A stretch of DNA of 64,000 bases from Ascidiella aspersa (Eukaryota), in NCBI GenBank assembly GCA_963924565.1, contig OZ004607.1, positions 9,114,001-9,178,000 on the forward strand, read 5' to 3'. The position numbers were made by a program, and so were the translations under genes. The first letter of the stretch is position 1, and each line of letters opens with the position of its first letter. Below, one piece after another: positions 12,301 to 25,100 of the stretch. The notes under the pieces were generated by a model, which was not told the origin of the DNA, searched no databases, and worked only from the letters and a program-made list of their open reading frames with translations.

Positions 12301-15300
12301 AATTTCAACACTATTAATATTGTCAATATGCTAATGTAGTATTAACAGGCAAATTTATAATAAACAAAACATACTTTGGCATTAGATCCTCTCTTAATGT
12401 TCCATTTAGCTTGGCCAGCTCCATGAGTTGCAGTTTTCTGAGGTCATTGTCTTCTTCTGGTTGTTCAATGCCCTAAAACAAAAACAGATTATGAAAATTA
12501 ATCAAAATATTGTAATCATTATGTAGCAATGCGTTTAAAATATAAATATTGTTAAACTGGCTGTATTTTTTCCATGTAGTTTGAGTAAATCCTTACCTGC
12601 TTTATAATAGCCTGAATTTCCAGGACAGCTCTCTGCACATTTTCAACTGAAGTTGAAGAAACCAGGGCATGGAGAGGTTCATCTTCACCAGGAAGAGGTT
12701 GGCCGTCTTTACGGCCGATCTTGCCTTCCTTAACTGATCCTTTGCCTCTGATCATGATCTTGCAGTTGCTCTATGACACAGGATTAGATTGCAGAAAGCA
12801 TACAAAACACACAGGATTGCAGAAGCATACAAAGCTTAGTATTAGGGATATGTTCGATACTTGATATTTCATTTTGATACCAATACCTGATATTTTGAGC
12901 ATAAAAATGTGACGGCATTACTATGGTCATTGGTCAAATAGGCAAAATTGCTTAAATTGCAAAGTTCAATTATAATGATCAAAGGCCCGTTTATACTACA
13001 GCTGCGCTAGGGTTGTAACTTGTAAAGGGGTGGGGAATTTTGAAGGACCCGGAAATAATGGGAATTTTCGAATTTGGCATTTATTATGTTTAAAACCTTT
13101 GTTAAATATTTCATGAACCAGAAAAAAATATTAAAAACCTATCTTGAGTATTTCTAGACGAGCAGGAGGAGATGCTGACCGGCAGCAACTAGTACAACAA
13201 CTTTGTAACTACAACAAATTTTAAAAGATTTAGCTATCGTAAGCTAGGGTAAAAAAACAGATTGGTAATGATTAAGGCGATTATTTTTTGACATGTCAAA
13301 ATTGACACGTTAGGTCAAAATTTGTCAAAGATGTTAAAAGTCAAAATCAATTAAAAATGCACATATATTGTTTAGTAAATTGAAAAAAACTCTTGTCAAC
13401 TGTTCAAATCTATCGAAAATTTAGTTTTGAGTTATATTTAACAACATTTTAACTGTATTGTGTCTTCATTAGAGCAATATAGGATATATGCGAGCTTGCA
13501 GAATAGTTTATCGCATTAGGCTCATCTAGACCTTTGTTTGCATTATAGTTGTTCATCTCTGATTTGGACGAATGAAACAGTATTTGCTGTATTTTTCGCT
13601 TGTGATTTGCAATTATCCATTTGCTAGTTCAATAACTAGATCTTTGTTAATTTTTTGAAATTATTTTCTACGTTGTGGGCCTTTTTCAACTGTTTACACA
13701 ACTTTTGTCTATAATAACCAGTGTATTGTTTGTTTGTCTTGTTAAAATGACAAAATAACAATAATCATTTTCATGAGTTTTGCATAAACTCAAAAAAATA
13801 TTTGATTGGTGTTTGACCGGTATAATCACTAAAACATCTAAAACTTGTGGTTGACGAGTGACGACGTCAAGACACTAATGCAGTCCAAGCAAAAAGATGT
13901 TGTTTAAATCAATATATTTCTAATAGGTCAAAATTTATCATTTTTAGGTCAAAAAATAATCTCTCTAGTGATGATTCATTTTTGCAGTTAATAAACTAAA
14001 CCATGTGTTTGGGTGTTCTTAAGTATTTTAGTTATACATAATACTTTTAATCTGAACAGTATAAAGCCGTTATTTTCTGTTTCAATTTCAAACTAAGATT
14101 GTTTTAAAAGTTTCCATAAATTTCGCAAAATTCTTGTTAATTACCCTAATTTTCATGGAAAGTTTCGGCTCTGAAAATTCCTGGGAATTTTGCAACCCTA
14201 AGCTGCGTTGAGCGTAAAATTGTGATTGGACTATGGCTGCAGAACCGTTTAAGTAAACTCACTTTCACGCTTCAATAGCAATTAAGCAAAGCATAAAAAT
14301 AGCTCTAAAGCTTAGGATTTTTTTTAGCTGCAAGGAGTTTAGGTTTAATAAATTGTGAAACGCTAGGCACAATAGAAATTAAATGTACATAACACTTTGG
14401 TCACCTCAACTGTAGTGTAAATAGGCCTTTAATGATATTAGACCGAATTAGCTTTTGCGCTAAGACTTTTAATCTTCAAATTTATCTGTAAGATTTTCTT
14501 GGAAATTTGTCTTATGTAGAAAACCCTAGCTTGGATCGCAGAACCTTACGTTATTCACAAATAAGTTTAGCATCAGATAGGCTGTGATACCACTCAGAAG
14601 CAACATATATTATATACCTCTTTTTCAATTTTCTTGAGGGTATTTCCTCTTGGGCCGATAAGCAATCCGACAAAGTTTATGTTGGGGTTAATTTCTGTGG
14701 GAATCATCACTCGCTCACTGATTCTCTGCAACATCGGCCTGAAGAAAGAATAAATAAGGTTTGTGCACTGGTCTTCAGTTAAATGTTTTAGACACAACAG
14801 TTCAGCAAAGATATGTCCCATAACAGCAGCAAAGATATGTCCCATAATATTGGATCAGAGGCATTACCTGTTATCAAGTGATATTATATCGGTAAACAAC
14901 TGAAACTAGATAGTGTTCTTGTTCAACATCAAATTTATTATTGGCGAATTCAAGTTATTGCAATATTTCTTCCTCAAAAAGAAAATGTTTAAGAAAATCA
15001 GAAATTAACAGTCGTAAAACACCTCGGCTTTGAAACACAAAAGCAAAGATTTCAATCATGACTTGATTTAGTATAATAGGATCGGACCGCTGTTTTAAAG
15101 TCAAAAATATAGTTCAAGAAAAAAACAAATATTAGGCATCAGACACCCCTACATACTTGTAGTCAACTGGTGGTTTGTAATCGGAATTGATTTCCTGCAT
15201 GTGTTGTATATGTTTGTGGCGCTCTTCTTCCAATCTCTTCCTCGTACGATACTCTCGCGTGTTCATCCTTTTGCCCTCACCATTGTAAATCGGCTCTGGT

Positions 15301-17814
15301 GATGGAGATCTGAAATAGAAAGAATTGAGAGGTTAATAACAATCTAACAACTAAACAAGACTTTGAGATTGAAAAGCAGTGGCATTTACTTTGAACACAG
15401 TGAAAACGCAAACATTTTGGATAAGTGCAACAGTTGTCAGAACCAATAAACTCTCTTTCTAATATTTTTTTAGACAAATATGATATTAGACATCATATTG
15501 TGAACACAATGGTTGGGATAAACATAGGTGAGGGAGGGTATCATATACACACTGCAGTGTTTACTAAAAGGAGGGTTTTTGGTTGGGCATAAATAAAGTC
15601 TTGAGCATGATTTTGGGAGAACAAGCATGATAAGATACATTTCATATATCACACAAACATTTCGCATTTTAACTAACAAATACTTTAAAAGCAAAAAGTT
15701 AGGTAAATGGTTAAAAGAGCCTGCAACAGAATTAAGTCAAGCCTGAAACTTGATTAAATTTGTTTGTTAGTTTTTGCCTGTTGCTGCAAAGAGGACAAAA
15801 TTTGATTAGGGTTAGAGATTAAAAGGTGTTTTGAAAGACAGTTCTCAGATAAATAATCTAATCGTCTTGGAATTTGCTTCAGGGATTACCATTGGATTAT
15901 TATATTTGGGCTTTATTAACTTCTTGAAATAAGTATGTACTTTAATAACAGCTCTATACCATAGACTATTTGAACGTAATACCATTTAATATAGTATTTA
16001 ATAACTGCACTTTGTGTGTTTTTCAAATTGGTTCTTAAAATATATGCACTAACATAGCTGTTTACAGTTATATAAAAACTATTAATGAATAATAAAACCC
16101 ATCAAGTATAGATATTATTTAATGCTATTAGATTGACATTTAGATGCTTACATGAAATGTTTTAACTATTTGCAGAGGTTTTAAACTTTTAAAATATGAT
16201 ATAGAAACACCAATAATAAATTAGAATGTAACCCATTTGACCGTATGTTTAACTTTTTTTTGAATTAATTTAAAATTACAAGTACTATTAGTTTCTATAA
16301 TAACTTACAAGTATTAGGGTGACCACAGAAATTTTTGAACCTTTGAACCAAAAAAAAATAGTTCTGACGACAAGTCAATAATTTGTTTAAAGAGAAGCAA
16401 GTTATTTCTATGACCACCCTTTTTGTATAAAAATGAACAATTAAAAATGATTGGACAAAACCAAACGCCTCCATTCTTTAAAGGCAGGGTGGTGATTGTT
16501 TGCCTCAAAATACTGCACTTCAAACCTGTCCTCTGGATTCGGTGGAATTCCTAGATCTCCAGACTTGAGTTTTCGTGTTATGTCTTCTATCTGTAGCTGG
16601 ACTGTTTATTTTGGGGTTAAAAGGAAAAAGGAGGAAAACAGGTGTCAATAAACGAGCACACAAAATTTACACATCATAGAATTTTAAATGTTGTAAGCGA
16701 TATCAGCCTTAAAGCAAAATGTTAAGAAAGAAAAACTTGATAAAACTAAGAACATATTATACTTAGGTTCAAGTGATTTAAATGGGCTGACTAATTTGTA
16801 CTCTACTGCTTAACAACTTAGGGAAAATACAAAATATCTTTTAAGAGGTCTTTGTAAGTCAAGTCACTCTTGTCGACCAAATTTGGCCACAATTTAAACG
16901 CTGCCCAGTGTGAAGTCCTGGAGGCCATTCCCAGTGACGCTAAAGACAGACTTACCTTATTAAGAGCATCCTATTGCTGCCCTAAAACACAATAACAACA
17001 CAAACAGCTGTATATCTCAGTTTCCTCACCTATATAAGCTTTCTGCTGCTGTGGCGTCAAATTTGCCGAAACGGCAGCCGGCATTCCAGGAATCTCCGTC
17101 TTCTCGTTTCCCCAACGGCTTCGTCTCTTTTTCGTTCTTCCGCGATCTTCTGAGCGAGCCTGTTGCTGCTGCGGGGGAGCAGGGGGCTTTTGTTGTTGGG
17201 GGGGTGCTTGTTGCTGTGGGGGAGGGGGTGGCACTTCGTTCCAACCACCTGCACTTCCATTGTCACCTCCTGAAGCTATTAGAATTAGAAACTGAAATCA
17301 GCTCGGGGCATACATAAATCAGAGTAAAAATTTTGTTTGAAAAGAATGTTGGCGCTGGTCTATAATCTTACCACTTGTGTCTTTACACTAATACAACAAG
17401 ATGTCAAAATTGAAATTGCAAGGAAGAAATAAATCTGGGAGAAACAAATAATAATTATATTTAATATATCCAAACTCTGAACTCACACCCTAACCCAAAT
17501 AATGTTAGTAATATACGCCTGGACAAATATGTGGTAGGATTCTACACCAGCGACAGAACGTTAGCTTAAATAAGTTTACCTTTTTTAAGCTGAGCTAATT
17601 TAGCTAAATTAGCTGCAGCAGCCTGTGCAGCCTTTAGAGCGATAGTTGCGCTGTTGCCACTCGCTTCTGGAGCAGACGGCTTTTTGTGGCTTGGTTCATC
17701 GTTATAACTTCTCGGTGGAGATGATGAAAACTGGCGTTTGGATCCGATGGCCTTGTTGCGCGTCCCAAGTGGAATGGCATTGGCGCCCGTGAATCCAGAT
17801 GACTGGCGTGGCAT
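9366..17814 (-). CDS. SF1: Splicing factor 1 (branch-point binding protein)
   Basis: Exons 17814-17580, 17269-17030, 16601-16526, 15309-15157, 14738-14618, 12770-12597, 12472-12375, 11947-11767, 11016-10793, 10612-10095, 9622-9366. Motifs: TGANAIPL, ULM KKRRSRW, RSPSPEPIY, KH NFVGLLIGPRGNTLK / IMIRGKGSVKEGK, QUA2 LRKLQLMELAKLNG, zinc knuckle CTKCGGRGHLAQDC, and a Pro/Gly-rich tail. Confidence 0.95.
12982..14429. mobile_element. MITE (PIF/Harbinger-like termini) hosting a nested hAT-type element
   Basis: TIRs aaggcccgtttatactacag / ctgtagtgtaaataggcctt; split by the 13008-14200 insertion. Confidence 0.65.
13008..14200. mobile_element. Non-autonomous hAT-type element
   Basis: TIRs TAGGGTTG / CAACCCTA with gggaattt subterminal motifs; TSD agctgcgc / agctgcgt. 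Confidence 0.82.
17351..17554. mobile_element. GGCGCTGG-TIR MITE with ccctaaccc core
   Basis: TIRs ggcgctggtctataatcttaccac / gtggtaggattctacaccagcgac; TSD agaatgtt / agaacgtt. Confidence 0.8.
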
Positions 17815-18325
17815 TGGAAAGTTTGCAAATTTTACACACTGAGCAAAGCACGAGACACAAAAAGAAAAAAATTGTAAGTAAAGTTTCACAAAGATGAATT
17901 CAAAGTAATTGATGCCTTTGGCTCACAGAATTGAAACATTAAATTATCCTATAGCTTTATATTCTTTTGTATAAGTTACCCACCCTGATCAACTTTTTAA
18001 CCACGTTTAGAATGTTTTTATGTTGGAGTAAAAACAAATTGCAAATTACATTTTTAATTGTGATTAATTATAACATGGGAATGCTATGATTAATTCTAAA
18101 TATACTGATCCCAGATCACTAAGTATTAGCAATGCCGCTGCTGTAGTACCCGCGTCGTGTAATGTTCATGTTGGTTGTTGGGATGTTACTAAGCTTAAAT
18201 AAACGCAACAACAGTGGGTATTTTACATTCGAACCTAATAATGCAATATAACATAAGTTAAAACACTTTTAACGTTGGAGTTGTTGATCTCCTTGGAAGT
18301 AAAAACGTCACACGCGCAACGGAAA

Positions 18326-18343
18326 AGCCCACAATGCATTTCG
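18326..18343 (+). promoter_or_regulatory. Possible ZNF143/Staf-type site upstream of SF1
   Basis: CCCACAATGCA matches the core of the Staf-binding consensus and lies in a CpG-containing patch about 500 bp upstream of the SF1 ATG. Confidence 0.3.
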
Positions 18344-19411
18344 CGGCAATGGCGCATTGCACTATAGAATACTTATCACTGTCGAGAAAACAGCATATAA
18401 GTAAATTATTCGACATAGCCTAATACGGCAAATAACCTGGAGAAAAACTATTTCGCTATAACTTTTTGAACAAAGTGTTCCTATTGTAAGCGCACCTTGT
18501 TAGGAGTCGAACCGTTTGACTTGTCCGGTTCGCGGTACGGTTCGGGAGGTTATAATCTCTTTGGGTTCGGGTTGAAGGTTTTTAGATTCGGTTTGTTTGT
18601 TTGCGGTTTTGGCGAAAATAAATTTAAAGGCGCCGGTTCAGCTTCGGTTCGACGATGGCCCTGCGAAGCATTTTTAATGTGTTGACGTATGTCATTGTAG
18701 CTTCCTGTGACATAAGACGCGTCAAATGCAAAAAGCCGCTCTTCCGCCATAAGACTCAAATGCTTTGCAATATTTTGCTGACATTGTTTATTCAAAAAAG
18801 CTTATAACTTGTCTTAATAAGAGTCGAATCTATTTCTGTGAATCACAATCACTAGCTAATTAAAGAACATTCAGCCTACCATACCGCACAAATAGCTTTC
18901 TAGTATAACTCTTTTAATATTATCTCTTTTCTGACTTCCTATTTATGATATAACTAACTAGCTTAGAATAAATAGGTTAACGTTGTTTATACTAAACAAA
19001 TTTTCCATGTTTTAAACTTTTAATGTGAACCTATGAGGCTATAATTTGACATTAAAATATCAATTATGACGTGCTTGGGTAGGTGAACCGCTTATTTGAA
19101 AGATTCGGGTTCAGTCAAAGAGATTATAAGGTTATAATCTCTTTGGGTTCGGTTAAGGATCAGAATCTTTTAAAATATTCGGTTTAATTCCGGCTTGTTC
19201 CTTGAAATCTTGCTAAAAACGGTGCAGAAGAGTTAATTTCGCGTAAAATAAGAACAAAACCGTTTTATAAAGATCTGTTTTTTGTTCGATTGGCACTTTC
19301 TGATTTCAAGTAAGTTAATACCGCTTAATCTGCAAGTAAACGTTGAGTTCTCTCTTAAATGATTAGAAATTATGTTTATGCGAAGCATAGTGAATCCAAG
19401 GATCATAGGGG

Positions 19412-20326
19412 CATGGGCGCCCGCACGGGGGCGGCAAGGGGGGGGGGGCACTTGTCCCCTCCCCCCCTGGAATTTTAAAATGCGATTATTAGTTTATTTA
19501 TAAGTGTAATATGTATTACTTATGAAGGTTAAAAATATTATACATTATCCATTGCCCCCAGTGGCGCATCCAGGGGACGGGATCGAGTTCTTACCCTCTG
19601 TTTGTAAGTGATATTATTTCTCGCTGAAAAACGTCACATTTGTTAAAAAAGTGCGCACATTTTCGAAGGCAGTTTAAAATGTGCGCACATTGTTAAAGAA
19701 AAGTGCGCACTTTTTTTAAGCTATTTTAAAATGTGCGCACATTTTTTGCACATTTTGGCGTGCACATTTTTGCGCACATTGTGCAAAAAATGTTGACATC
19801 CCCGTCTTCCCTGTTGGCGCAGATGTTGCGCTAATCGTGGCATAATAACACCCGGTAAAAAACATCTTCGATTAGTAGGTGGTGAAAGTTGCAGGTAGTG
19901 AAAGACGTGCTTGTAATTTATCGCTCGTTCCGTTCATGGAACTTGAAAACTGCGCTGCTGATAGTCGAATTATGTGTGATTCTACCACAATTAATCGCAC
20001 ATATTTCACGGTCTTGATTTGTTTTTTCGCCTGAAGTAAACGATTGCACACCGTGATTTCGCAGCTGGCGCCTGACAGGATTGCCGACGACGCACGTGGT
20101 CGCTTTTGCTGGACGTATTTGGCTGTTTCTGATTAGTTTTTTTATCACGTCTTGCAATCACCATTCTATGACGTCATACTGTCACTGTTTTATGACGTCA
20201 CTATTCATTAACGTCAGACGAAAATAGGGGAATTCCCTAAATTGAAAATCCAGGATACCCCCTTTTTGATTTTTTGGTTACGCCCCTTGTTGCCCCCCCC
20301 TGGAAAATTTTCTGCGGGTGCCCCTG
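19412..20326. mobile_element. Composite hAT-type MITE (copy 1)
   Basis: TIRs CATGGGCGCCCGCA / TGCGGGTGCCCCTG; perfect TSD catagggg; homologous to 37078-38088. Confidence 0.9.
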
Positions 20327-22119
20327 CATAGGGGAAAGAACCACAATTTTACTATAGCCTGAAAAACTGCCGTTTTATTAGGTAAATTAATTTTTCGTTC
20401 TAAGAGGGAAGTCCGGTTCTTGATATATATTATCCTCATACGTATTTCAATAAAAATACAAAAGCTTTATATTCGATGAAAGCGACATTTTCGCTAGTAT
20501 TTTTATTGAAATTACTAAAAAACGTGAACAGTATTTTGTTTTTTTGTTGTTCAAAAATATCCTCGTATAGATATAAAAACTTACGGTCTATTAAAGCCAA
20601 ATCTAAATTTAACGTTAGAAAGCTTAAAGATATACGATCGAATCTATATAAATTTGTTGTTAATTGATTATAAATTTACCGTCTAATCAGTTTTATTTGT
20701 TTAATTTACTAATTTTTATAATAATTAGGTCAAATAAAGTCCACGCAAAGTTTTGTATCTGGTCCAAAATCCCTAGGCATATACCGTACAGTAATTTTGC
20801 CCTTTACGAAAAAAATTTAAGACCTCTGACGTAGATAAACGATAAAATTATCAACGTACAACTTTTTAACTTTAAAAAAAGATAAATGCACTGCATACAT
20901 GATCTTTCTATTACTTCAATATGACGCCACGTTTAGACGTAATGGTGCGGCGTCACAGTTTTTTCTCACTTTGACGTAAGTTGTTTGTCACGCCATATTA
21001 GAAAAAATGCAAAAAATTAACTGCCCCATTCCAAATATGTCGGTACGTCGCCCACCAAACGGTAGGTATTTTGCTCGATTCATTGTCGAAGTACAGTACG
21101 GCCTTACATCCTACTTAGCTAAATATGACCCATACAAATAAAGGTTTCCGTAAAGTGGAACACTGCAATGGGTATTTAACTTTCTTGCATCTGCAGTCTG
21201 CAGACACGTTCTGCAGTAGACTATAAAAGTACATAGGCTATAATACCAGCCTACCTACCACGTTGGGTAAACTTTGTTCACTAAAAGAGACTGGACTTCA
21301 GAAAACTATTAACACGAGTCAGCGAAGAAACAGAAAGCTACAATTTGCCCCCACAAACATGCAGCCTACTAACCAAAGAGTACTCTTTGCTAATACTATC
21401 TGTACTTTGTATACCGTGCTTCGCATGATGTATTTCATAGGATTACCGGCGCACGTGCGGTAAAATTTGTCACGTGAGTAAACAAACGCTATTCCTGAAA
21501 GTAAAAAGTTTATGGTTTAGACTCCAAGGTTTAAATCGTAATTTATTTGTTTACTTAGATATATCTTATTCCGACGGGTCATTAGTGCTTCAATATTATT
21601 TACGTCTGTAACTCAAAGGGAAGATAACCTTTGGACTTTAAATTTCCGAAGTTTGCGTTACTTAGGTTACTTGTTTACTGATTGGTTCAAGTGTTTATCC
21701 ATTTATAAGCTCTTTGCAAGCAGTTAAGCGCATTACGCAGTCAAAGAAAAACATTGACACAAATGACTGGGCAACAGAACGTTACCAAGTTAGCTTAACT
21801 TGGATAATTAAAAAGGAAAAATATATTTAAGTGTTTGCTATCATAGTTATACAGTGCATATTATTGTTTACGAAACAAATATACAAATTAAATCACATAT
21901 TATAAATATTTTAAAAACATGTAAATAGTAGTTTTAAACATTTTCTTTGGATTAATGAATCATTGCAGCCCCTAGCTTCAACGAAAAAGTTTTTTAGAGG
22001 CCTGACTTTTTTCAGTAATCCAGTCAGGATAATAGTAACTTTGTATGTTACACAGAAACAAATAGATTTCCACATCTTATGAATGCCGTCTAACACTTGT
22101 TCATGTTTTAAGAGCAATC

Positions 22120-25100
22120 ATGGGATCACCCAGCCTAGACCCTCTGTTCTTCAGGCGACTGTTCAGGCTTTTTAAAATACTATTTAGAAACTTCAAGTCA
22201 AGGGCATCTGTAATCTTTTATGTGCTGACCGCACTGGCTCTTTTGTGTAAGTTTTTATTCTGAATTAGTTTGTCAATATGTATAATTTAAGTGCATTTTA
22301 TTCAACTTGAGCACACAGGAAAAATTAAACATATTTACATATATCAAGCTTACCAATGCGAGTGTAATTTGTTTCACCCGACCTACTATATTTTAACAGT
22401 CCTATGCATTCAAAAAGGAGTCTTACACATTCAATAGTCTCCAGTAAACAATTATACATACACCAACTAAGCCAACACACCAAAATGAAAAGGCAATTAA
22501 ATCATTAAAGAAAATAATTTAGTAGGCTAGACATGGGCAGACGGCATATTTTTAGAGTATAATTTTGTCGGGGCAAGTGCTAATTGATAGACACTAACCC
22601 TGCTGTTTTTAATTTGAAAGCCCTGAATATTAACAGATTTAAATTTACATCTTACAAATTCACTTGCATTTAACAATTAAACAAAACAATTTGTTATTCA
22701 TTCAAATTTATTTGTTTGCAGTGCAATTTGTGATATATGCTTCGGGTCTTGTTCCCTCACGCTACTTTGAAGTTCTCGGCAGTAAAGATTTTGATGGCTT
22801 TAAAGATCTGGCAATATATTCCATTCTTATTATTGTGTTAAACGCTGTTGTAAGTTAAAAAAACTTTATGTATTAATTTTTAACTTGCTCTGCCTTTTAT
22901 TTGATGAAACTAATATTGATCTTTCACCTAAATTAGTGGGTATAAAGTGTTTCTCCTAACGAAATCGACACAATATATTTTTAGATTACTTTATAAAGGT
23001 TTCCTATCCTAACTGCTTTCAATCCATAATGCAATCTTTTAAATTTTTTCTTTTGCAGATGAGAAGCACACAAAGATATGTTTCCAGGATGTTGTATCTA
23101 ACTTGGAGACAATCACTGTGCTCGAAGATTCACCGAAACTATTTTTCTGGCATGAATTTCTATAAAGTTAACGTCTTGGACAAAACTTTAGACAACATGT
23201 TAGTTTTCCTTAAATCAAAGTTATAAATTCTCATAAAAACATGTATTGCAATATTTTTTTATAAAATTTATTAAACTGGTTAAAATCTAGACATCCAAAG
23301 GTACAAAGTATAGAGCAGTGGTTCTTAACCTCAGGTCCGCAAAAACTTTTAAATATACGTTTACTTAAATAACAAATGCTGGGATACATGCTTAATCACA
23401 ATCTTGGTAAGTGTTAAAATCACACTGTAACATGTTGTAAATCATATAGAATATGACGTAACACTTCCATTGTGATGTAACATAAATAGATTGTAAAATG
23501 AAATGCAACATTACAAGTTACAACAGTTCACATGTACTGGATTTTGGTTTAACTTTATGCTATCGTTCGCAAAGATGACATGAGTCTAGCATTGTCAAAA
23601 CACAACCACGCATTTCAAGACTTGCTTCGTAGATGTAGCAGCAGAAATCACAATAAATTAAACGTGTCATAAAGTGATTTGGTGTTTCTGGTAATTTACT
23701 CAACATACGGTGCACTACACAGATATATTAAAAAGAACTAAACGCACATATAAGACCAGAAAATGTAAGGGGTCCGCGACTATTTGAAGACATCAAAAAA
23801 GGACCACGGGTACAAAATGGTTGAGAACCACTGGTATAGAGCAATGATTTACTTGTTTCCTTCCCTAAAGTAAATATTTAAAATTGTGGTAATAAAAAAC
23901 GTAAAAATCTACACTTACTATTTTTTATTGTTTAATATTATATCTTATATTGCTCTGCAGTGACCAGAGGATAACTCAGGACGTTGACAAGTTCACTCAG
24001 GAATGGAGCATTCTTATCAGCCGTTTAGTTGTGATACCGTTCACCATAGTTTACTACTCGTACCAGTGTTTCATCAGCACTACTTGGATAGGCCCCGTCA
24101 CCATCTATGTCTACTTTGTAATCGGCACAATCATAAATCGCCTCATAATGGCACCCATTGTAAGGCTGCATGTAGCACAGGAGGTGTGTGAAGGCAATTT
24201 CAGGTAAATCATCAAAATATAGGTAACTTACACTTATAAAAATGAGATATAATGTTAGTAGGGTTCTTATAACCTATTTTTTGCTTTCCTTTATTTATTA
24301 ACAGTTGTTTTTCTTAGATAAAAAAACTTACTTGTTTTTTTGGTTCATTTATTTTTATTCACTTTTTTAAACATTATTTTTTTCAGCTCATTTTTACTTT
24401 CAAATTTAAATACGTTTTTGGTTTTAAGGTACCAACATCTAAATGTACGCACTCATGCAGAGGCAATGGCATTTTACCAAGCGGGTGCTACCGAGTACCA
24501 TAAAAGTGAAAACCGATTGGGCAAAGTTCTCAAGCAGCAAATGTCCCTGTTCAACTGGTCATTCTGGCTCAATTCCTCTGTAAACATTTTTGATTACATT
24601 GGAGGAATACTGAGCTATCTTGTGATCGCCATTCCAATATTTGCCGGAACTTACGACCATCTTGCACCCGAAGAACTGAGTGCTTTAATCAGCAGGGTGA
24701 GAATTAGATTTATTTACAATTGGATCAAAAGCATTGGAATATTTTTTTCTTCAAAAGCCTACAAACTTTAATTTTGCCATTATATTTCAGGCTAGTTTGT
24801 ATTTTATAAATATTAATAATTATAAAAAACATATATTTTAAAAGCTTTCTTCATTTAAAACCTAACCAATTTGACATCTTACATTAGTGTTATCTTGAAT
24901 ACAGTAGGTTGTTTATTAATAACTATGTTTCTCAGAATGCCTTTGTGTGCATATATCTTATTCATTCTTTTTCTCAACTGATCGATATGTCTGGTACCAT
25001 TGGTGACATTGCTGCACATACACATCGGTAAGTATCATGGATAAGTTTTTTACCCTGTTTTTATGATTTAAGCTAGCATTTAGTTTTAAAACGCATGTTT

